Part shown: one piece after another, positions 19,107 to 28,472 of the stretch | Layout: every line of letters begins with the position of its first letter | Numbering within the stretch: position 1 is the first letter of the stretch | NCBI GenBank assembly: GCA_016841605.1 | Contig: JAENYV010000009.1 | Span: forward strand, 18,718 to 82,717 | DNA: 64,000 nucleotides | Direction: 5' to 3' | From: Dethiobacter alkaliphilus | GTDB taxonomy: Bacteria > Bacillota > Dethiobacteria > DTU022 > UBA8154 | Position numbers and translations under genes: made by a program | The notes under the pieces: generated by a model | Seen by the model: the letters and a program-made list of their open reading frames with translations, nothing else | What the model was told of the DNA's origin: nothing | The model's database searches: none

Positions 19107-19540
19107 GTTAACCCTCCTTTTATTTCAAAATAAACCCCACTTCTTTACCCATCTTGATAACAACAGCTTTGGTTAAACCTCGAGGATTTTCATAATCGAA
19201 ATCTTTGCACCCCCTCTGAGAGAACTTGTCAAATACAGCGATATGACCAGGCTTGTAAAGCAAAATTATAGGTAAAATTTAATTCTAATATTAATCAATC
19301 GGGCGAGAACGGAATAAAATAATATTTCTAAGGTTCTAACAATTTAAAATAGAGTATCAGGGAAATACAAACTAAACAGCAAGAGGCTCCACAAAACTCC
19401 TCGTAATACAGAAAAATTTTATTTGTTGAACTATATTCAATATATCACCTATTATTTAACTTGACAATTATTCATTTTTATCTTTATGTTTTAAATAATT
19501 TGTTTTAGACTAAAATATCTCATATTTTTTAAATTTAATT

Positions 19541-19700
19541 ATTAATTCCTAAATATTACGCTATTATTCGCTAGTTGACTAATAAACAAAATATGCTTTA
19601 ATTGAACTTTATTCAGATTAAATATCGTTAAATCCTTTTCCCATATTTGCAACTTGACGAAGAAACAAAAGGCATTAACTGAACTTGGCTAATAATTTAT
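19541..19700 (+). repeat. Paralogous copy (~80% identity over ~150 bp) of the tetR promoter/operator block at 24590..24760, not followed by a gene
   Basis: Shared strings attacgctat, gttgacta, ...cccatatttgcaacttgacgaa(g/t)aaacaaaaggcat...; contains TGAACTTTATTCAG. Confidence 0.6.
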
Positions 19701-19710
19701 TTTTACTATT

Positions 19711-19753
19711 CTCCAGCCCTCCTAATCTCTTCATAGTAGTAGGAGGGCTGGAG
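19711..19753. other. Perfect 13-bp inverted repeat with a 17-nt loop, no T-tract
   Basis: ctccagccctcct-N17-aggagggctggag, just downstream of the reductase-like operon. Confidence 0.5.
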
Positions 19754-19854
19754 AAATCAGCTTCAGCAACAGCTTTATGTTCCAACTTTTGGTTCTTTTA
19801 CATCTCCGCACGAATGGATCGCTTCGCAGCTTGCTTCTGATGATTTTAGCGGTA

Positions 19855-20700
19855 TCAGGCGCTGTTTCGAAGCAAGAACGCATCCGCAAATAGAGCAGCG
19901 CCTAAAGCTACAGTTAACGCAGGATCCCATTCAGACTTAGGAGCCAACCTGCTTATCTTCAATATGCTTTCCAATGAATTTATTATTCCTTGATTTTTTG
20001 CCAGTCCTCCAATGATGACAAGATCTTTTTTCACCCCTGCTCTGTCTGCCAAGGTGCTGATCCTCTTGGCCATAGCATGGTGGTAACCTGCGATTACTTC
20101 TTCGAGCGGTTCTTTGCTTCTAATTAAATCCAGAGCCTCGGATTGAGCATAGATAGCGCAAAAGTCACTTAATTGTGCGGACTTATCAGATCGAAGGGCA
20201 ATGTTTCCTATCTCAGTCACTTCTTTATTCACCAAATCGGCAAAAGTTTCTATCGAACGTCCAATGCCCGCAGCACATTTATCATTCCAAAGGAAAGCTG
20301 TTACTCTGCTCTTTTCAGTAACGTGAATTACTTTGCAGCTTTGACCTCCGACATCAAGCACCGTACGCACGGATGGCCCCCAAATGTGGACCGCCCCTGC
20401 GGCTCCACACGCAATTTCAGATATGGTTTTATGGGCAAAGGGAACCTGCTTCTTTCCGCAACCGGTCCCGACGATGCATTGAATATTTTCCAACGTTAAA
20501 TCGGTTTTATCCAAAGCAGCATTTATCGCTCTTATAGCTGATTCTTCAGGTATGCGTGTTTTAACTTGAGAATAGATATATGGTTGTCCGTCAACCAGTA
20601 TTATAACTTTGGAATTCACTGCTCCGATATCTACTCCAGCTACCACCGTTTTGGCCTTTGTCCAATCTATACTCAGGTTTATGGAAACGTGTTCACTCAT
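19855..20700 (-). CDS. BadF/BadG/BcrA/BcrD-family ATPase (HgdC-type activator / BCR ATP-binding subunit) 2
   Basis: N-terminal ...VAGVDIGAVNSKVII... acetate/sugar-kinase fold; start at the ATG overlapping the upstream stop (ATGAGTGA), SD ggaggtggg. Confidence 0.75.
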   Translation of the reverse strand: MSEHVSINLSIDWTKAKTVVAGVDIGAVNSKVIILVDGQPYIYSQVKTRIPEESAIRAINAALDKTDLTLENIQCIVGTGCGKKQVPFAHKTISEIACGAAGAVHIWGPSVRTVLDVGGQSCKVIHVTEKSRVTAFLWNDKCAAGIGRSIETFADLVNKEVTEIGNIALRSDKSAQLSDFCAIYAQSEALDLIRSKEPLEEVIAGYHHAMAKRISTLADRAGVKKDLVIIGGLAKNQGIINSLESILKISRLAPKSEWDPALTVALGAALFADAFLLRNSA

Positions 20701-21493
20701 TTTTCCCACCTCCACAGGTTATCACCGCACCTATTGCACCTACATACTCCGGCAGGTTCAATACTTTGACATCTTCTTTGAGCAAAACCGGAAGGTGATT
20801 CATGAGTGCTTTAGATTTGGCTAATCCTCCGGCGACAACGATCTCTTGTGTTAGGGTTATGGTTGTGCACATTGCTGCAACACGTTGAACGATGAATCTC
20901 AGGATTGCATCTGCCACATCAGTGATTTCCACTCCCTGACACAGCAGATCAATAGCTTCTGATTCAGCGGATAGGGCACAAGTAATGGCAACAGACACAT
21001 TCTTGGTGGATTTAAGTGCCAATTCGGACAGTTCCTCTTCGCTTACTCCGAAAGCTTTGACCATGGTACTGTAAAAAATACCCATGCCGTCAGCGCATTT
21101 ATCATTTTGAATAACGTCGAGAAGCCCCCCATTGCTGTCATAGTGGACAGCTTTAGTTATATTCCCACCAATGTCGATCACTGTTCTTGAATTCTTATTC
21201 AGGAAGAAAGCACCCCTGGCATCCGCAACATGTTCGGGCACACTTCCGACCAGAGCCAATGTCGGTATATTAATCGTCTCTCCAAAAATGCCGGTACATA
21301 CAATCCCGGTTAATTGGCTCAGCGGGAGTCCGGTATTGTATAAAGCATTATTCAACGCCTTTTCAGCCGCATCTGCCGGATTAAATCCTGTGGGTACTAC
21401 AGCATATCCGAGGATTTCTTCTTCCCGCATGAGTACGGCCTTGGTATTAACATGGCCTGCATCTATTCCGGCTAGAAGTTTTCTGTTATTCAT
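20693..21493 (-). CDS. BadF/BadG/BcrA/BcrD-family ATPase 1
   Basis: MNNRKLLAGIDAGHVNTKAVLM...; second HgdC-like ATPase. Confidence 0.75.
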   Translation of the reverse strand: MNNRKLLAGIDAGHVNTKAVLMREEEILGYAVVPTGFNPADAAEKALNNALYNTGLPLSQLTGIVCTGIFGETINIPTLALVGSVPEHVADARGAFFLNKNSRTVIDIGGNITKAVHYDSNGGLLDVIQNDKCADGMGIFYSTMVKAFGVSEEELSELALKSTKNVSVAITCALSAESEAIDLLCQGVEITDVADAILRFIVQRVAAMCTTITLTQEIVVAGGLAKSKALMNHLPVLLKEDVKVLNLPEYVGAIGAVITCGGGKNE

Positions 21494-22650
21494 GACGCCA
21501 CCCCCGTTATTATATTTACAAAGGTTTCCAACTGCGTCTGAAATTGAGTTATAGGCAGGGTAGTATCAAGCTCAAGCTCGAGCGAAGGAATTCCCAAATT
21601 GTTCAAGATAGGCTTCAAGCCAACAATATCCATTGGTTGAGGGCTGCAAAATCTCTGATAGAGAAGCACTACTCCATCCGGCTTGAAGTCCTCAATAAAC
21701 TGTTGAATGAACCTGAACCTTTTTTTCTCTCCGGTTCCGGGGAAGTTGTCCTTGGCAGGACATGGAATTCTAGCGATGTATGCTTCGGCGATTGTTTGAA
21801 GCTTATCAGTTCTATCTTCAGGTACCTCGAACCAGAAGTAACGGGTTGCCGTACAGGTATCAACGAAAACCAGGCTTGCGCTGTTGTCTAGTTTTTCCAT
21901 TAAATCGAAAATTCTGAGATCGTCACACGCACCTCCTGATACCATCAACCTCACTCCCGGCAGATTTTTGCGCGGCACGGATTGCAATTTTTGAATCAGT
22001 TCCTCAAGTAGTTGATTGAATTCCTTCTTTTCCATTAACTGGGAAGCAAGAGTAACTATAGCAACTTCCGCTCCGGTGATCGGAGATTCTTTATATCTGA
22101 GGAACTCCCAGAGTTGTATAAGAAGCCTTCTGGTGTGATTATAAATTTTGATGGCCCTTTCAATGTCCTCATCTGTGATAGATTTATGGACAATATCCTC
22201 CAGGTATTGTTTGAATTCTTTAAAAGATTCCACTATAAAACCGGCGGCCGGCTTGGTGTGGATGATATGAGGATACGATATGAGGAAGCTTTTTTCCTTG
22301 AATCCTGCAAATCTGACCCATGTATTAAAAGCTTCACCCATGTGTATGCAGCTGCTGCCGGTGACAATCAGGTCAAAAAAATCATAATACGTCAGGCCCC
22401 GGTAAGCGCAATCATGCGAAAAGGAGCAATATGTTTCATGTATATAACTTCTTGTCATTGCTTGGGAATCGTGGGAACTAAGAACTCTTACCGGTACAAT
22501 CCCGGCAGCATATAAAATTTCCTCCGGAACATGGGTGCACATATATCCCGCTACTAAATGTCCTTTACTTTGAAGTGATTGGGCATATTCCTGCGTATGG
22601 TCTGTTATGTGCTGGAAATATTCGATTATGGAGTTGGAATCCTTCATCAT
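21490..22650 (-). CDS. 2-hydroxyacyl-CoA dehydratase / benzoyl-CoA reductase family subunit (HgdB/BcrB-like)
   Basis: 386 aa; start ATG overlaps the upstream stop (TAATG); operon context with two activator-type ATPases. Confidence 0.6.
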   Translation of the reverse strand: MMKDSNSIIEYFQHITDHTQEYAQSLQSKGHLVAGYMCTHVPEEILYAAGIVPVRVLSSHDSQAMTRSYIHETYCSFSHDCAYRGLTYYDFFDLIVTGSSCIHMGEAFNTWVRFAGFKEKSFLISYPHIIHTKPAAGFIVESFKEFKQYLEDIVHKSITDEDIERAIKIYNHTRRLLIQLWEFLRYKESPITGAEVAIVTLASQLMEKKEFNQLLEELIQKLQSVPRKNLPGVRLMVSGGACDDLRIFDLMEKLDNSASLVFVDTCTATRYFWFEVPEDRTDKLQTIAEAYIARIPCPAKDNFPGTGEKKRFRFIQQFIEDFKPDGVVLLYQRFCSPQPMDIVGLKPILNNLGIPSLELELDTTLPITQFQTQLETFVNIITGVAS

Positions 22651-23969
22651 TAGCAAACACCTCCTTTCTTATGCGCCTCCATTAGCTGCACAAACAACTC
22701 TGTTTTGCGCTTGGCGCCCGGCAAATCCATTTTTCGCACATCTACCTGGTCGCTATCATATTCAACAGTCGGAATTTTGCTTTTAAACATGCGCTGCATC
22801 CCCACGTAACCGTTCCTAAAATCGGTTTCGCAACTACGTGAAGGCGCCAACAAAAGCCCGTCTGCATTATATTCCGTAATCATGGCCTGAGCCATGGATT
22901 CCAGCGCCCACCAGGACCGTACTCCTTGCCAGGTAGGCCAACCCAGCACTATTTTAACCAATTCGGTTATCGCTTTTCTTCTTGTAGATAAATCCAGTTC
23001 ATCTACCCAGGTTGGATCAATGGGTTCCCATGTCCATTTTCCGTCTACAATACCCTTAAAATTGCCGGCCGTACCAAAGGTATAGACCGAGGCTACGATC
23101 TCGGCTCCCGCGTCTCGAAGGATTCTGGACATTTCCGGATGTCCGTACGTATGTGCCAATCCAAAATAAACTATTCTGTGGCGTTGATCCGGAGAGACAC
23201 TTTGTCCGGTCTCAACCATGTGTCTCACTTCTTTAAGCAGTCCTTCGTATAAGCGCACAGTTTCATCGGTTGTCCTGTCCACCACAGCCGGCGGGAATAA
23301 AGCTATCAGCCGGCGCTCGTCCAACGGAGCGGGGTTATGCATATTGAGTGCACAGATATTACCCCAGAGAACCAAAACCTTGATTTCGTTTCTGACTGCC
23401 TTAATAAACAACTCATCCGAGAATTCCCTGCCTGTGACTCTCTGCATCCAATGAATGCCCTCTTCTATCTGGTTGCTCACATAGTTTACGATTTTAGGAT
23501 TTTTTTCTGCATTACCCCCTCCGATCATATCTATTGCATAAATGGGTATACCGCCCATAAGCCTGGAGATTTCCTGGTACCATTTTGAATGTTGACTGCA
23601 CAAGTGCGTAGTCCACATAAAGTCCGGTTTGGGATATCCGTCAGTGATTGTTCCATCGGTAATACCTATTTTATCGCGGACTACCTCCCCAACGAACAGC
23701 TTCAAGTAACTACAGGAGTGAAAACCCAAACCCGCGGTTTCAGCAGCAATAATGTCGTCACGAGCTTCTTTAGGAAATGTCCCTGCTTTCGATGCGGCGT
23801 GCGGCTCACCGCCGATTACAAATACATCCTCACCCAACCCTTTAAGGGGAGCTAAAGGACTCCATGTTGAACCCATGCAACGAAGGCCTCCATAACCCTC
23901 CACATAATTTCTATAGCATGTACTCTGATAATCCTTAAATGCACCCCAACTTTTTATGTTATATGCCAT
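22650..23969 (-). CDS. 2-hydroxyacyl-CoA dehydratase / benzoyl-CoA reductase family subunit (HgdA/BcrC-like)
   Basis: 439 aa; first gene of the 4-gene operon; SD aggagga. Confidence 0.6.
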   Translation of the reverse strand: MAYNIKSWGAFKDYQSTCYRNYVEGYGGLRCMGSTWSPLAPLKGLGEDVFVIGGEPHAASKAGTFPKEARDDIIAAETAGLGFHSCSYLKLFVGEVVRDKIGITDGTITDGYPKPDFMWTTHLCSQHSKWYQEISRLMGGIPIYAIDMIGGGNAEKNPKIVNYVSNQIEEGIHWMQRVTGREFSDELFIKAVRNEIKVLVLWGNICALNMHNPAPLDERRLIALFPPAVVDRTTDETVRLYEGLLKEVRHMVETGQSVSPDQRHRIVYFGLAHTYGHPEMSRILRDAGAEIVASVYTFGTAGNFKGIVDGKWTWEPIDPTWVDELDLSTRRKAITELVKIVLGWPTWQGVRSWWALESMAQAMITEYNADGLLLAPSRSCETDFRNGYVGMQRMFKSKIPTVEYDSDQVDVRKMDLPGAKRKTELFVQLMEAHKKGGVC

Positions 23970-24095
23970 TAAAACTCCTCCTATACTGAATAATACTCAG
24001 AACATAATCAGCAACCGAATAATAAGCTTCTCCGACAAACACACCTCCTTTCCAACCAGCTGACAACTTGAATATATAAATAAAAACTACATTCA

Positions 24096-24192
24096 AAGTT
24101 GTGCCGGCATTAATTTACATTAACTACACAACTAACATGCCCGATTAATGAAAACAACTTTTAAACTACATTCATTGAACTACATTCAGTTT
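24096..24192. promoter_or_regulatory. Three direct repeats AACTACATTCA (at 24096, 24165, 24181) upstream of the reductase-like operon; the last forms CTGAA-N5-TTCAG
   Basis: Seen directly; lies in the divergent tetR intergenic region. Confidence 0.45.
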
Positions 24193-24727
24193 ATATAATA
24201 TAATTTAACTTGTCAAACAACAAATAATAGCGTTAGATGTAATAATATATAGAAATATTAATTAATAAAGCTTTATTTACCTATATTTAATGTTTTTAGC
24301 CAATAAATATAAGTATTATTATTTATATATGAATATAATATGATGAATGATATTCATTTTTTTCAAATAGTCATGATAAATGATTCCTTTTTTTAATAAT
24401 GTTATTCCTAACATAATCGACAAAAAGAGATTCCCAAGGCAGTTAAAAAGCAGGGGAATTATCGAATAAAAATATCTGGAGCTTTAAAAGCTCCAGATAT
24501 TTTTTGATCTCATGCAACCATCCCCATAACAATAGACACAGATATTAAATTTATCCATTTTTTAAGTGATTTAATTAAAGTCAAAATAACTTACTATTCT
24601 TAAATATTACTATTAATTCTTCAGCATTACGCTATGAAACGTTGGTTGACTATTAAGCAAAATATACTTAAACTGGACTTCATTCAAATTAAATACCGTT
24701 AAAACCCATTTCCCTACTATTTGCAAC

Positions 24728-24768
24728 TTGACGAATAAACAAAAGGCATATAAACTGAACATAGTTCA
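24728..24768 (+). promoter_or_regulatory. Putative sigma-A promoter (TTGACG ... TATAAA) of tetR with overlapping palindromic operator TGAAC-ATA-GTTCA
   Basis: -35/-10-like hexamers ~50 nt upstream of the tetR ATG; the 13-bp palindrome overlaps the -10/+1 region. Confidence 0.45.
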
Positions 24769-24811
24769 TAGATTAAATACTCTACCACAACGGGACAGAT
24801 CGGAGGTTAAT

Positions 24812-25414
24812 ATGAATAAAGATAATAAGTTATTAACGCAACAAGAAGAGAAAAAGATTAAAATTTTTGAAGCTGCAAGACGTATTGTTAGTGAAAAGGG
24901 TTACGAAAAAACCACAATGTTACAAATCGCCAAAGCTGCTGATGTAGCTACCGGGACAATATATGAATACTTTGAGAATAAGGAAGACCTCTTTTTAACT
25001 ATTGCTGCAGAACAATACGGGTTGTTTGACGAGGAACTTAAAATTCATTTTTCCGGAATAAAAAGTGCTTTTGAAAAAATACGAAAGTACATTTGGTTTT
25101 ATTTTTATTTTTTTCAAAAAGACCCCTTATACTCCGAAATATGGCTTCTCGTTATAAGATTAAACAAAAGCCTTGCTCAGAGTACGGCTTATCCCTGGAT
25201 CCAACAATCCGGCAAAGAAATTATTGATTTGTTAAAAGCAGGGCAGGAAGAAGGTATGATCAGGAAAGATATAGACTTATACGTAATGAGACATCTGCTC
25301 CTGGGTTCCTTAGAACATGCGATGACCCGTTGGCTTCTTAAGGGAAAAACTTATGACATGCTGTCTTATAGCGAGAAAATCTCAGATCTTATTATTGATG
25401 CTATCAAAAAATGA
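24812..25414 (+). CDS. TetR/AcrR-family transcriptional regulator
   Basis: N-terminal HTH ...KIFEAARRIVSEKGYEKTTMLQIAKAADVATGTIYEYFENKEDLF; start at the ATG with SD ggaggt (track ORF begins 28 codons earlier). Confidence 0.85.
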   Translation: MNKDNKLLTQQEEKKIKIFEAARRIVSEKGYEKTTMLQIAKAADVATGTIYEYFENKEDLFLTIAAEQYGLFDEELKIHFSGIKSAFEKIRKYIWFYFYFFQKDPLYSEIWLLVIRLNKSLAQSTAYPWIQQSGKEIIDLLKAGQEEGMIRKDIDLYVMRHLLLGSLEHAMTRWLLKGKTYDMLSYSEKISDLIIDAIKK

Positions 25415-25461
25415 AAAAGATGCGAATAACCTGGCAGAGCGATCCTTGTAAATATCAATGA

Positions 25462-25499
25462 ATTAAAAAAAACCACCCTTTTCAAGGATGGTTTTTTTT
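25462..25499. terminator. Bidirectional rho-independent terminator between the convergent tetR and pcrB-like genes
   Basis: aaaccaccctt-ttca-aggatggttt hairpin flanked by A-run/T-run. Confidence 0.55.
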
Positions 25500-25694
25500 A
25501 TACATCTCTTTATGAAATAACTTTCGCTCAACTTTCTTCTAATTGTTTCTATTGATTCCGCCGTTGAAGACTACAATTGGAAATAAAAAAAGCATCCTAC
25601 GATAAGCACTAATTTTCTCTTCATCTTATCCCATTTCGTAAATGAATGCTTTTTTTACACACATGTAGACAGATTTATTCTCAAAAAATTATGA

Positions 25695-26429
25695 TCAGTC
25701 TTTTAGAGCGCTGAGAATAGATCGCAACCTTTCACGATATCCGGCATTTTCAATAATAGTTCCTGTGACAACAACATCTGCCCCTGCCTGCCTTACCCGT
25801 CTGGCATCTACAGCAGTACGAATTCCGCCGCCGACTATAAGCGGTATAGAAAGTTCTTTTTTCACAGCGCGGATCATACCCGCAGGGACAGGTTGGGCAG
25901 CGCTTATCCCGGCTTCCAAATAAATATAATTCATACCAAAGAGTTCGGCCGCCACGGCATAACTTGCCGCCATCCAATAGTTATCTCTGGGGATCAAATC
26001 AATATCGTCTGCTTCCCCTATTTTCATCCCCGGTTCAACAACCAAGTAACCGACAGAAATTGTTTCAATTTCCATTCTTTTTAAAACAATCGCTGCCTTG
26101 GACTGTCCACCACTAACAAAATTGCTGTTTCTGGCATTTAAAAGACTGGAAAACAATAATGCATCGAAGGAAAAGCAAAGCGCCTCGGCACCGGATGGAG
26201 AATAAACTACAGGTATTGATATCTTATCTTTAATAGAATTTGTCGTATCCAAAAGATTCTTTTGGGAAAGACCGCTTATACCGGCAACCAAGATCAGATC
26301 GCTTCCCACTTCCTGAGCAGTAAGGGCCAGCCTCCCTGCCACATCGGGAGATTGTTTCATCGGGTCAATCAGAGTAATATGCACGGTACCATTTTTAATT
26401 TTTTCTTTTAAATAGTTTGATATCAACAT
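25695..26429 (-). CDS. pcrB: PcrB/GGGP-synthase-family prenyltransferase (heptaprenylglyceryl-phosphate-synthase-like)
   Basis: ...LIVGGGIRTAVDARRVRQAGADVVVTG...; start set to the internal ATG (MLISNYLKEK) with SD ggagaagg. Confidence 0.65.
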   Translation of the reverse strand: MLISNYLKEKIKNGTVHITLIDPMKQSPDVAGRLALTAQEVGSDLILVAGISGLSQKNLLDTTNSIKDKISIPVVYSPSGAEALCFSFDALLFSSLLNARNSNFVSGGQSKAAIVLKRMEIETISVGYLVVEPGMKIGEADDIDLIPRDNYWMAASYAVAAELFGMNYIYLEAGISAAQPVPAGMIRAVKKELSIPLIVGGGIRTAVDARRVRQAGADVVVTGTIIENAGYRERLRSILSALKD

Positions 26430-26477
26430 AATCAACCTTCTCCGGTTTTGACTTCGCAACCCTCTCCGTGTATTTTT

Positions 26478-26506
26478 ATTATAATAAACTTTTTGCTGTT
26501 TGACAA
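26478..26506 (-). promoter_or_regulatory. Putative sigma-A promoter TTGTCA-N17-TATAAT for the pcrB-like gene
   Basis: Consensus-like hexamers with 17-nt spacing, ~50 nt upstream of the ATG. Confidence 0.5.
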
Positions 26507-26564
26507 CTACCAAGATATCCCCTTTGTGGATGATATGAATAAGTATTTAAACTATTTCTGAGGA

Positions 26565-26595
26565 AATACAAAAAAGGCCGGCATAATTGCCAGCC
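26565..26595 (-). terminator. Rho-independent terminator after rpsI
   Basis: Minus-strand RNA GGCUGGC-AAUUAU-GCCGGCC followed by UUUUUUGU. Confidence 0.6.
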
Positions 26596-26625
26596 AGTCT
26601 TTGCGACTTAGCAGGAAAAGAATTT

Positions 26626-27018
26626 TTAACGTTTGGAAAACTGCGGGGCACGGCGGGCCTTTTTCAAACCGTATTTCTTACGCTCTTTCATTCTTGGATC
26701 CCTGGTTAGAAAGCCTTCTTTTTTTAACAGCGGACGATACTCCAGATCTGCTTCTAACAACGCCCTGGCAATCCCATGTCTGATCGCTCCTGCCTGGCCG
26801 CTTAATCCTCCACCTTCAACTTTCGCTACAACATCAAACTTTCCGTTTGTTGCGGTAACCTCCAGGGGGCGGCGGACTTCAACCTTTAATGTATCCTGTC
26901 CAAAATAATCATTTAAATCTCTTTCATTAATGGTAATCCGTCCTTCTCCAGCCAGAAGGCGAACTCTGGCAATAGATTTTTTTCGACGCCCCGTACCGCG
27001 ATATTGTACCTGAGCCAA
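26626..27018 (-). CDS. rpsI: 30S ribosomal protein S9
   Basis: [19 protein letters not shown]...[17 protein letters not shown]. Confidence 0.95.
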   Translation of the reverse strand: MAQVQYRGTGRRKKSIARVRLLAGEGRITINERDLNDYFGQDTLKVEVRRPLEVTATNGKFDVVAKVEGGGLSGQAGAIRHGIARALLEADLEYRPLLKKEGFLTRDPRMKERKKYGLKKARRAPQFSKR

Positions 27019-27060
27019 TCCTGTTCCTCCCTTCTCTCATTTTTCTCTTCAGAACTTTAT

Positions 27061-27516
27061 CTAATTTTCCGCAACCCTTTTGGGTCTAAATTGCCAATGA
27101 GAGGGTTTTTGAGCTTCATGGGGATGCTGAGAACCGGCATAAATTTTTAATTTTCCCAGCATAGCCTTTCCCAGCCGATTGGACGGCAACATTCTTTTCA
27201 CCGCCAAGTAAACCGCTCTTTCCGGCCACCGGGTCAGAAGTTGATCATAGCGTATTTTTTTAAGTCCACCGGGATATCCGGAGTGGCGGTAGTAATATTT
27301 TTGTTCTGCTTTTCTTCCGGTTAAGACAACCTTTGAAGCATTGATCACCACAATGTAGTCACCCATATCCAGATGGGGCGTATAAGTGGGTTTATGCTTC
27401 CCTTTCAGGAGCCTGGCCACTTCGCTGGCCAGTCTTCCCAGAGACAACCCTGCGGCATCAATCAGATACCATTGATGATCAACGTTTTCTTTTTTGGCCA
27501 TATATGTTTTTTGCAT
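27061..27516 (-). CDS. rplM: 50S ribosomal protein L13
   Basis: [31 protein letters not shown]...; start trimmed from the track's upstream extension. Confidence 0.85.
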   Translation of the reverse strand: MQKTYMAKKENVDHQWYLIDAAGLSLGRLASEVARLLKGKHKPTYTPHLDMGDYIVVINASKVVLTGRKAEQKYYYRHSGYPGGLKKIRYDQLLTRWPERAVYLAVKRMLPSNRLGKAMLGKLKIYAGSQHPHEAQKPSHWQFRPKRVAEN

Positions 27517-27726
27517 CTTTACAGAAGCCTGCCTGAACGAAAAGAAAACTCTCGCTAAATTGCAGGCCCGTGCACCTCCTTCCTTTTGGAACTGCCGACT
27601 TTGTCTTCTCTTGCTATGCATGCCACAAAGCATATTTTATTATAATAATCTACCTTCGTCAAGTTAAGAAAAAGAATATGTTAATTAGCCGATAAAATAC
27701 CTGGGAATAATCAAAAAGTCAACATG
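27517..27726 (-). promoter_or_regulatory. rplM-rpsI leader region (possible L13 autoregulatory leader)
   Basis: 210-nt untranslated gap between truA and rplM; L13 leader structures are known in Firmicutes; structure not verified here. Confidence 0.25.
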
Positions 27727-28461
27727 TCAATAAAACACTTTTTCCAGGCAAAGACCTCTGGCCGGAGCTGTTGGACCGGCGTTCCGGCGTTTAGCACATA
27801 TCAAAGCCTCTTGTATATCCTCAATAGTTCTTTTTCCCTGACCGACTTTCACCAGTGTCCCTGTTATGCGGCGCACCATCTTGTAAAGAAATCCGTTTCC
27901 CTCAAAACATAACACAATAATGTTGTTAGCCCTGTTGACAGTAAGTGAAGAAATTGTACGAACCGTCGTTTTCACTGGACTTCCTGCCGCCTGGAAAGCT
28001 TTAAAATCGTGCTCTCCCTGAAAATAAACCGCTGCCTTCTGCATCTTTTCCAAATCCAGCCGGTAGGGCAGATACCAAGCATAGTTTCTCCTAAACACAT
28101 CGGGATAAGGCCCGTTGTCAATGGTATACGTATATACTTTACCCCTGGCATCTCGCCTGGAAAGAAACGTACCGGCAACTTCTCCGGCTTCAACAACAAC
28201 AATATCCTTCGGTAAAATACCGTTTAAGGCCTGCTTAAGCCTGGTCCCCGGAACCTGGGATGAAGCACGAAAGCTGACCACCTGTCCCCTGGCATGAACG
28301 CCTGCATCAGTCCTCCCTGCCGCACCGACCCTGATAGCTTCTCCATATAATTTCTTGAGAGCTTTTTCCAGAGCTTCCTGCACAGTGTAGGCATTTTCCT
28401 GATACTGAAAACCATGGTACCCGGTACCGTCGTAGGAAATAATTAGTTTATAAGTTGCCAA
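27727..28461 (-). CDS. truA: tRNA pseudouridine(38-40) synthase TruA
   Basis: MATYKLIISYDGTGYHGFQYQ...RTDAGVHA. Confidence 0.9.
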   Translation of the reverse strand: MATYKLIISYDGTGYHGFQYQENAYTVQEALEKALKKLYGEAIRVGAAGRTDAGVHARGQVVSFRASSQVPGTRLKQALNGILPKDIVVVEAGEVAGTFLSRRDARGKVYTYTIDNGPYPDVFRRNYAWYLPYRLDLEKMQKAAVYFQGEHDFKAFQAAGSPVKTTVRTISSLTVNRANNIIVLCFEGNGFLYKMVRRITGTLVKVGQGKRTIEDIQEALICAKRRNAGPTAPARGLCLEKVFY

Positions 28462-28472
28462 TCATCTTCCTC

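Noticed and set aside
23970-24140. Possible sigma-54 (-24/-12) promoter near GGCACAACTTTGAAT upstream of the reductase-like operon
   Set aside because: The GG and GC elements are not at the canonical spacing, and the PucR-type regulator is not an enhancer-binding protein. Not supported.
25577-25650. Long-range inverted repeat aaaaaaagcat...atgcttttttt downstream of the pcrB-like gene
   Set aside because: It could be a second terminator, but the 52-nt interior is only partly paired. It is likely low-complexity A/T symmetry, so it is not listed as a feature.
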